Shown here in pieces: positions 53,557-64,000 of a stretch of DNA of 64,000 bases. The stretch's first letter is position 1. Every line of letters starts with the position of its first letter. Both the position numbers and the translations under genes were made by a program. This DNA comes from the human T2T-CHM13v2.0 reference genome, Homo sapiens: NCBI RefSeq assembly GCF_009914755.1, contig NC_060936.1; one strand, written 5' to 3'. The notes beneath the pieces are model-generated. The model had not been told where the DNA came from and did no database searches. It saw nothing but the letters and a program-made list of their open reading frames with translations.

Positions 53557-55320
53557 TAGGCTTGCCATTTTTAAATAATGGAATGGACTCCATGGCCTAT
53601 TGCACAGCAGTCCCAAGGAGTCCAGGGGCTAACAGCCTTTCACGTCTCAGCGTGAACCCCACAGAACGGAAGTGAGATTGATTTCTCCTTCAGGGGGCTG
53701 GCACTACATGGCTGCGGCCCTCGGCATGCCCCCTCCCATCCCAGCTCTGACAGATGTGGCCAATTGATCACTGCTTTCTGGGAGTCACCATCAATCACAT
53801 GTGCTGACTCCAGGATGAAAGAACTTGCCAACCGCCCCGTGGTGTCCTCATGGAGACACCTGGAAGGAAGGCATTTTGACGGGAGGTAGCTTAGAGCAGG
53901 GGGCAGCAGGCGGGAGGTGTGGCCCTCCTAGTGCCACTGCTCTCAGGTCACTTGCGGACAGCAGCTCTGGGGGTGCTGGCTTTGGCTCCTTAGCTCTGCC
54001 GCTCAGGGACTCAGGGCTGCTTCCTGCCAGGACTCCTCACTACTCAGCAACCGGTCGACTACCCTGTGCACCAGGTCCCCTCACTCACCTTCCTCGGGGT
54101 GAGCCACATGGCCCCCGGTGTCACAGATGAAGGTCTGAAGACGCCCAGGCAAGAAGGACGCTCCGTCCAGGGCGGAGCCTTGGGAGCAAAGGCAGACCCC
54201 GTGGAGGGCAAGGGAGGTGGTCCTTCCAGGAGAACGTGAGGCCCAGCCAGCGCCCAGCGGCCTGGAGCCGCAGGCTGAGTTCTGATCTGCTCCCCTTCCC
54301 GTCCCGTCCCAGGACGGCAGCCAGGCCCCAAGATAGACCAAGCCCAGGTCAGAGTCAGGGAGGTTAAATGAGGGCGCAGGAATGGGGGGTGCAGAGGGAC
54401 AGGTCCAGAAGTGGTTCTGCCAGAATTCCCTTCTGGATGGGCTGGAGGAGAGGGAGCTGGAGCTCAGCGGGTGGGCGGAGTGCTCTCCTCCCCTGCGCCC
54501 TCCCTCCCGTGCCCCTGCAGGGCTGCACGGGTTCCCTCCCTAGGGAACCAGGCTGCCTAACCCACCAGCCGGCCCCCTAGCACCTCAGCGCTTCCTGCTC
54601 CCATGACCCTAAGGACTAAGTGACCTCAAGCCTGGCTCTGGGAAAACTGTGGGAACCGGCTGCTGGGAAGACGACCTGGCTGTTACTCCCACGTTTCCAA
54701 CTGCCTAGACAGACCTGCCCTGCCCTCCTTTCCTCAAGAAACCCTAATCCCCTTTCCTTCTGAGACATCTAGGGTAGGAGTCAGCCTCCCTCCCTGCACC
54801 CTCAGAGGGAATGGAAGGCAGGGGAGTCATACAGCAGTGCCAGGCCTGCAGGCTGAGTCACAGGCCAGTCATCCTTCTATGGCTAAGGGGACTACTTCAC
54901 TTAAGAGGTTAAAAAAGAAGAACAGAATAAGCCCAAAGGAAAGAAACAATAAAGACAAAAGCAGAAGTAATAAAATAGAAAATATATATACAATAGAAAA
55001 GATTAACACAACCAAAAGTTAGTTCTAAGAAATGACTAATAAAGTTGACAAACCTCTGATAAGACTGATCACGAAGAAGAGAGACGGCACAAATGAATAA
55101 CCTGAGGACCAACAGGGAGAACGTAACTATGAATGCTGCAGAGATTTTCAAAATAAAATACTTCAAATAAACTATAAACCTATGGCAATAATTTTGAAAC
55201 CCTCCACAAAATGAACACTGTGCTAGAAAAATATCTTACCAAATCTTGCTCAAGAACAAACAGAAAATTTGGGATGTATAACCATTAAATTAAAGTGGAA
55301 TAGGTAATTACAAGTCTTAG

Positions 55321-55805
<485 letters not shown>

Positions 55806-56356
55806 AGGAAAGTCTATTCACCATCGCCCAGCCCCCACCCCCAAGAAAAATCACACACACAACACCCGGCCAGATGATTTTACAAAATTCTACTACACTT
55901 CAAGGAACAGATAATTCCAATATCATATTAACTCTTTCAGAAAAGAGAAACAGAACATCTCCAAACTCCTTTTCATGAGCCTGGTGTAATCTCAAAAACA
56001 AAAACTAAAGCAGACAAGCACGGTATGAGAAAAAGAAGACTACCAACCAATCTTGTTTATGGGCATAAATTCAGAAATTCTAAACACAATATTAGCAAAC
56101 TGAACCTAGTACTGAATAACAAAAAAAAATATGCCATAACCAAGTAGGGTTTGCCCCAAGAATGAACAGATGATTGAATATTAGAAAAATATAATAATTT
56201 GTTACATTAACAAATTAAAGGAGAAAAACAATATAATTATCTCAATAGATGCAGAAAAAGCAATCCATAAAATTCAACCCTTACTGTTGATTTGAAAAAA
56301 ACCTATAGAACTTGGAATGGAAGAAAACTTCATAGCCCAGTAAATGATATCTATCA

Positions 56357-56969
<613 letters not shown>

Positions 56970-58407
56970 TCATCAGCCGTCATACTTCCTAATGAAATGT
57001 TAGGGTTCCTGTCAAAACCAGGAAGGAAGCAAGGATGCCAGCTGCCACCACTTCTAGTTACCAAGTGAAGGAAGATAAGAGAAAGAATCATGATCGGAGA
57101 AATAAAACTGTCATTATTTCCAGACAGTCTGAGTGTCTATGTAAAACACCCTAAAGAACCAAGAGGAAAACAACAACTTTAATTAACCCAGAGGAAAAGG
57201 CTGAGGCTGGACAGTGAGCCCAGGTCTCCGGACAGCTGGCCGGGTAAGGCCGCTCCCCCGGCCCCACCCGCTGTCATGGCTACCCTCTGTCCTGCTCCCC
57301 GGAACCTCCTCTCCATGACAAACCCAAATTCCAAATGCACTTGTTCAGGACCCACTCTGGCTACCTTTGCTTGCTCCCTGTGCCCGTGTCTTAGTGAGAT
57401 GAGGACTGAGTCCTGCTTGGGGAAGGGACTTGCCCACTTCGAGTCCCTCATGCTGGGGTGCAGTGTCAGAGTTCTGGCCTCGGGGCCAGGGCCTTTTGGA
57501 TGTGACAGCCACCCTCTGTGTGTTAGTGAGATGTGCTTGGGCAGAAAAAGCCTCAGAATGTGACTGCACCAGAAGTTCCGGCTAGACTCTTGTTATAGCC
57601 ACAGGTTATGCACTGACCCTGTGGATGGACACGAGCCTGCAAGGACTCAGCCTTGACAGGGAGCAAGCTCCCCTCTCTGTCTGTGGCATCATCTGGCAAC
57701 TTGCACTCGCCTCCCGTTACTTCCCAGTCACGTGCCAGCAGGTTCCTCAGACCTGACGGGCCATCTGCCCCTGCTGTGGCCAGACTGGAAGCAGAGAGCG
57801 CTGGAGTGCGGGTCGCCAGGGCCCAGGGCACTGACCCACCTCAACCCTGTGCCACCTGCCAGGCTTGGCTCTCATCTCACCCCATCCTGTCTGGCAAACA
57901 CATCCTCCCATGGCCGCTGCATCAATGGGTGGTTAACAAGCTTCTCATCCCTGTTAGATCCAATCAGCCCTTGTTACTTCACTGAGCAGCAGAACCTGCA
58001 AGGAAGCTGGGCATGCGAGCACGGAGGTGGCAGGGACAGACACAGCCAGTCTTCACCTCCTCACAGCAAGGACAGGGTGAGCCCAGGGTCAGGGGAGGGC
58101 TCTGGAGGGGTCAGAGGAGGTGAGGCTGTGGCAGAGAGGCAGGAGGCTCAGGCAGAAGGGCACGAGGGGGCTGAGGGACGCCTCTGAAGAGGGGCCACGC
58201 CTGACTCTCAAAGAGGGTGACTCTCGCGCTCTGGGAAGTGGCCACGACAGCACCCACAGGCCACAGTGCACGCTAAAGCTCAGCTGTCCAGGAGCACACT
58301 TGACCCAACAGAGAGCCCACATGAGAGGAGCCGAGGCCTTCCACCGGCAGCCACAGCAGCTGTCAGCCAGGTGAAGGAACTGCAAGCAATTGGATCCAAG
58401 GATAGGT

Positions 58408-58690
58408 ATTATCTACTGCTGTGTAAAAAATCACCCCAAAGCTTACGGCTTAAAACAACCATATGCATTTCTCACCTCTCACTGGGGTCAGGCATTTGGG
58501 GCCCACTTGGCTGGGCATTTCTGGCTCAGTGCCTCTGTAAGGCTGTAGTCCCTGTGTCAGCCAGGGCTGCTGCCACTAGAAGCCTTGGCCAGCTGGGAGG
58601 ATACATTTCCACGCAGTGTATTCACCTTGCAGCAAGCTGCTGCTGTTGACCATTAGTGGGAGGCCTGGATTCCACGTGGGCCTCTCTATT
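58408..58690 (-). mobile_element. Old MaLR LTR fragment (MLT1-type)
   Basis: tgctgtgtaaaaaatcaccccaaagcttacggcttaaaacaac...ggtcaggcatttggg; recognised by eye. Confidence 0.55.
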
Positions 58691-59243
58691 GGGCCAACTG
58701 TCCCCCCAGACAATTAAGCTTTGGTGTACTCTGCCACGTGGGCGCTGCTGATGTTAACACATCTATTGAGATGTAGCTCTGAAATTAGAGGTATCCACTA
58801 CCCTTCTTCGGGAGAATGTCCAGGTGGGAGAGAGACTTGACCCAGGATTCATGGATGAATAGCATCATAGGGTGTGAGGTCCACACCGGAGCAGGCTGGA
58901 GCCTGTGGTAACCCTGCTACCACCACCCCTTCTGAGGCACCAGGACCCCCAACCACTGCCCTCTGCTGTCCCTTGCGTCGCACCCAAGGGCTCCTGTTCC
59001 CTCCCCTGCCCAAAGTTCTCACTTTCTCCGCTAGGGCACAGATTATGAATTCAAACGCAAAAGCGAATATGTGAGAAAACCAGGTGTGACAGAAGTGGGA
59101 AGACTGTGGCAAACTCCAGCATGCCTCAGGGCTTCTGCTGCAAAAATCAATTTTTTCATGCCACACTGGCCAAATTGTAGCTGCCAGATTTGGCCTCTGT
59201 TCACCAGTCTGCAACTCAAACACCAAAGGAGACGAGATGAAAG

Positions 59244-60618
59244 TGTGCCCAGAGTAAGTGGGTTCTTGGTCTCACTGACTTCAAGCATGAAGCCGCAGAC
59301 CCTCACAGTGAGGGTTACAGTTCTTAAAGGCGGCGTGTCCGGAGTTTGTTCCTTCTAACGTTCAGATGTGTTCGGAGTTTTTTCCTTCTGGTAGGTTCGT
59401 GGTCTCGCCAGCTCCGGAGTGAAACTGCGGACCTTCGCGGTGAGTGCTACAACTCTGAAGGCGGCGCGTCTGGAGTTTTTCTTTCCTCCCGATGGTTCAG
59501 TGGTCTCGCTGGTTTCAGAAGTAAACCTGCAGATTTTCCCAATGAGTGTTACACCTCATAAAGGCAGAGTAGACCCAAACAGTGAGCAGCAGCAAGATTT
59601 ACTGCAAAAGAGCAAAAAAAAAAAAAAAAACCCACACACACAGCACCCACTGCACACAACGCGACCCCAGCGGGTTACCACTAGGGCCTCCGGCAGCCTG
59701 CTTTTATTCTCTTACCTGGCCCCACCCACATCCTGCTGATTGGTCCATTTTACAGAGAGCCGATTGGTCCATTTTACAGAGCGCTGATTGGTCCGTTTTG
59801 ACAGGGTTTTGATTGGTGTGTTTACAACGCCTGAGCTAGACACAAAGGTTCTCCAAGTCCCCACCAGAGTAGCTAGATACAGAGTGTGGATTGGTGCATT
59901 CACAAACCCTGAGCTAGACACAGGGTGCTGATTGGTGTGTTTACAAACCTTGAGCTAGATACAGAGTGCCGATTGGTGTATTTACAATCCCTGAGCTAGA
60001 CATAAAGGTTCTCCTAGTCCCCACCAGACTCAGGAGCCCAGCTGGCTTCACCCAGTGGATCCCTCACTGGGGCCACAGGTGGAGCTGCCTCCCAGTCCGG
60101 TTCCGTGCGCCCGCACTTCTCAGCCCTTGGGTGGTCGATGGGACTGGGTGCCCTGGAGCAGGGGGCGGCGCTGGTCGGGGAGGCTCGGGCCGCACAGGAG
60201 TCCATGGAGGGGGAGGGAGGCTCAGGCATGGCGAGCTGTAGGTTCCGAGCCCTGCCCCGCGGGAAGGCAGCTAAGGCCCAGCGAGAAATTGAGCACAGCA
60301 GCTGCTGGCCCAGGTGCTAAGCCCCTCACTGCCCCGGGCCGGCGGGGCCGGCAGGCCGCTCCGATTGTGGGGCCCGCCGAGCCCACGCCCACCCGGAACT
60401 CGCGCTGGCCCGCAAGCGCCGCGCGCAGCCCCGCTTCCCGCCAGCGCCTCTCCCTCCACACCTCTCTGCAAGCTGAGGGAGCCGGCTCCGGCCTTGGCCA
60501 GCCCAGAAAGGGACTCCCACAGTGCAGCAGGGGGCTGAAGGGCTCCTCAAGCGCAGCCAGAGTGGGCGCCGAGAGCGAGCGAGGGCTGTGAGGGCTGGGG
60601 GCACGCTGTCACCTCTCA
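59244..60618 (-). mobile_element. Solo LTR12 (LTR12C-like, ERV9 family)
   Basis: TG...CA termini, 4-bp TSD aaag (59240-59243 and 60619-60622), tandem gattgg (CCAAT) repeats at 59738-59980, characteristic U5 repeats and CpG-rich U3. Confidence 0.95.
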
Positions 60619-61039
60619 AAAGCAAACCCAAATCACGACCCCACAGCCGCTCCTTACGCACGCACGTCGTATGCACACCCACACACAGGCGCGTGAACTC
60701 ATGTGCACACACAGGCACACACACACACCTGTACTGGTGCTCTGGGCAGGCTGGAGAGTGAAACAGTTGCTCCTTGCCCAGGTTGTGGAGCCATTATGGC
60801 TGGGTCCCTGTGAGAGGTGAGGTTGGCCCGAAGTCCCTTTCCCGCACCCCCCTCCCCGTTCCCTCCATCCCCACCCCCATCCAGATCCCTTTGGACTCAT
60901 CCAGAGAATGGGAGCGATGGAGGGAGGAGCTGTGGACGCTCTCAGCCAGGGCAGAGAGCTTGCGGGACAGGCTGTGCGCTAAAGCCAGGGGGTCTGGGGC
61001 AGCAGAGAGGATGGCGAATTGGTGCAGGGCGAAGGAATC

Positions 61040-61330
61040 TGAAAGAGGGCTGTGCGGTCCGCAGAGAGCGAGGCTTGGGAGCCCGACCCAAAGCGTGCCC
61101 TCCAGGGTGCAGCACCGACGGGTGCCGCGGCGTTTGCAGGCGGGGAGAAGGCGGCGGGAAGTACTGGACTAGCTGCGGGCAGGGGCCGGCTGAGGCGCGC
61201 GCCCGCGTGCTAGGGGCCCCGGGGGAGGGCGGCGGGGACGCGGCGCTGCTCCCCTCTGCCACCCGGCGGCCGCAGACAGCGCTGCGCCGGCCTCGCGTTT
61301 TTCGTTTTCCGCCAGACCCGGCCTCATAAC
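61040..61330. promoter_or_regulatory. Small non-repeat CpG island between LTR12 and the SLC6A12 3' end
   Basis: Dense CpG (gcgcgcgcccgcg, cggcggccgc), GC-box-like and GGCGGGAA motifs. Confidence 0.65.
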
Positions 61331-63058
61331 TGAGAGCATCTGGCTGAAGCCGTTGCTCTCCTTCTCTTTCCCCTGGGCCTCCTTCTCTCCCCACTAGCCG
61401 GTCCAAGGAGCGAGGGCACAGGTGCACAGAGCAGTCCAGAGGGAGACAAGGGGGGCGGTCAGAAGCTAAGAGTACCTGAGGTGGCATAGGCCTGTCGAGG
61501 ACGGAACTCACCCCAGCCTGACCTGATTTCTCCTGCAGCCCCTGGGCGGGGGGTCCAGGTGACATCTATATACGAATCACCCCCCTCATCCTGGCTGGCT
61601 TCCCTTGTCCCAGGAAACTGCCCTGAAATTCCCTCCCCAGCCCCAGTCCCTCTCCTCCCTTCCCTTCTGAACACAACAGCACAGACCTTATCCAAACCCT
61701 GCCTCCTCCTCCAGGAAGCCTTCCAGCCACAGAAGAGGCATGTGGGACTCGGTAGGGGTGTGGGAAGAGGAGTGGGTGGGAAACGGGTGGAGCCATGTGT
61801 GGCAGCTAAGGAGGGCACCCCCACACCCGCCCCCGGGACACTCTCACAGACTCCGTGCATTCCGTGGAGGAATAAGAGGTGGCAAGGACAAGAACAAAAG
61901 GATCTGGGAGGACATCGGGCCAGGTGATGATGGGCTGATGGAGAAATTACCAAGGCGGGGGCGCTAGTCTGGGGAGCTCCTCACCACCTCCAACAGAGGG
62001 GTCCTCTCTTCCCCCACCCCAAGCGGCATAGCTCAACAGAAACGGAGCAAGGCAAAGGAGACCAGCACGCATGGAAGGCAATCCATACACACTTGTTAAC
62101 TAAGGCAGGGGGTTAATGGGAAGACACTGGCCTGAGCACAAGGAGATAAGGTTTTAGTCATATCTCTGGCCCCCAAGAAGGGGGTCCCCATGTGAACTTG
62201 AAAAAGTCCCTTTGTCTCTTTGGTCTCCAGGTTCCTCATCCATGAAGTCAGGGGTTTGCGTTAGAAGCAGGATGGCAAATGGTGCTGCCTGGAGCACATT
62301 CGGAAGGATTGTGAGGTGGGAAAGAATCTGTGATCAGTTAGCAATATCGGCCTTGGGCAGAGGAACAGACAGTGCAGGGAGGCATGCCGAGTGTTTGTGA
62401 AGTCTAGGAATCATCTCCCAAGCCCCTTCCATTCCAATGCTCCAGGAGTTGATGAAACACTGCAAGAACAGTGCGGAACTAGGGCAGGAGCTGGAGATGC
62501 CATGAGAGACTCGGAGGAAACTCCAGACTGACGGCATGCGAAGGCTTGCCTCTGTCGTTAAGCCTAAGGAAGGATCCCCTAACGGAACCTCCGATCCAAC
62601 ACAGTGTGTTCAGTTGTCACTTCCAACAGGGTATTGTCCCATCAGGCTCTCCACATTGGACGGCAGTGTGCGTTCCAATTATAGCTCCTCTCCCCGTGTA
62701 CAAATGCAGTATGCTCTAACAAGAGGCATCCCCACAGTGGAATCCTCATAACTCGAGGTGTTGCAATCAGATGGCGGCCTCCAAAAAGACCCCCCTTTAT
62801 AAAAACGATGGTGCCTTCCCACAGGGAGTGGCGTCCCAACATGGCACGTCCCAGTGGTGGTGTTATCAGCAAAGGGGAAGGAGCTGCTCCAGCTAGCACA
62901 AGAGAGGAGTCTGGCCTCCAGCTGGGGGTGCCTGTGGCTCTCCAGAGGTTCCCAGCAGGATTGTGGCAGGAGACAGAGGCAGAGGCTGTCCGCTGAGAAT
63001 GGAGGGTGGCCCTGACCTAGGTTCCCGGCTTAGGAGCCGCCTGGCCTCTGGCCACACC

Positions 63059-63328
<270 letters not shown>

Positions 63329-63394
63329 TCAATGAATGAACCGTTTGAGGTGAGAAGGGAGGCAGCAATACCGTGACTACGAATGAGTGTGCAC

Positions 63395-63570
63395 TGCCTG
63401 GGTTCCAGTCCTGGCTCTGCTGCCGACCTGCGCCACCTAAGGCTGCTCACTTAACCCCTCTGTTAATCCCCCTCAATTTTCTTACCTGTAAATTGAGAAT
63501 AATAGTAGAATGCACCTCACAGAACAGTGCTTGGCACAGAGTAAGTGATCAATAAATATCTATTTTTGTT
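63395..63570. mobile_element. MIR fragment
   Basis: cctgggttccagtcctggctctgc...cctcaattttcttacctgtaaattgagaataatagta...cttggcacagagtaagtgatcaataaat. Confidence 0.75.
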
Positions 63571-63674
63571 ATTGTCATTATTGTTATTATTACTATTATT
63601 ATGTGCTCAATAAGTATCTATTATTTTTCTTCTTATCAGTGGTACTGCTACGACTGTTGGTGGTGGTGGTGGTG

Positions 63675-63965
63675 GTGCCATCTGCTCCCTCCTTCTTGCC
63701 TTGAATGCAGATGTGATGACTGGAATCGTGACAGCCATCTTGTGACCATGAGGTGATAAACGTGATGATGAAAACACAGCATGCCCAGGATGGAAGTGTA
63801 GAAATGCAGGAAAAGTCTGGTCCCTAAGGGCCTCTTTAAGCAGCCAAACCAAATACCAGCAGCCCTAATCTCTGACCTTCTTGAAACATAAAAAACAAAC
63901 AAGCCTATTTGCTGAAACTGTTGGAGGTTGGGTTTTCTATTATTTATAGGCAAGATAGATTTCTA
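63675..63965 (+). mobile_element. Old ERVL/MaLR LTR fragment (LTR33/MLT1-like)
   Basis: cctccttcttgccttgaatgcagatgtgatgactgga...cagccatcttgtgaccatgagg. Confidence 0.5.
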
Positions 63966-64000
63966 CCTTTGTGGGTCATTGGCTATAGCTCCTTCCAGGA

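Noticed and set aside
61945-61968. CTCF-like GGGGGCGCTA (a similar partial match at ~13180)
   Set aside because: Only the 3' half matches the consensus; insufficient without ChIP data

Overview
Human (primate) genomic DNA, recognisable as 12p13.33. Most of the window is the 3' part of IQSEC3 (synArfGEF/BRAG3) on the + strand: 11 coding exons from 7252 to the stop at 47164 (exons 4-14 in the usual numbering) join through canonical AG/GT sites with consistent phases. They encode the IQ motif, Sec7 domain, PH domain, a Pro-rich/PPxY region and the C-terminal PDZ ligand -RSLV. A ~3.5 kb 3'UTR follows, with AATAAA at 50675. The right end holds the last coding exon of SLC6A12 (BGT-1, ending -ETHL) on the - strand, so the two genes converge. 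Between them lie old L1/Alu clusters, a complete solo LTR12 (ERV9) with a 4-bp TSD, and a small CpG island. The most unusual element is a ~3.6 kb C-rich minisatellite (31921-35530) in IQSEC3 intron 8. Every unit ends in polypyrimidine+CAG, like a 3' splice site, and the array is stop-free and in frame with the next exon. A compact splice switch at exon 13 has two donors and a stop-containing exon that would replace the PDZ-binding tail. I found no rRNA, tRNA, CRISPR or prokaryote-type system. Almost all other ORF-track entries are spurious. Repeat subfamily names come from recognising the sequence by eye, not from a search.
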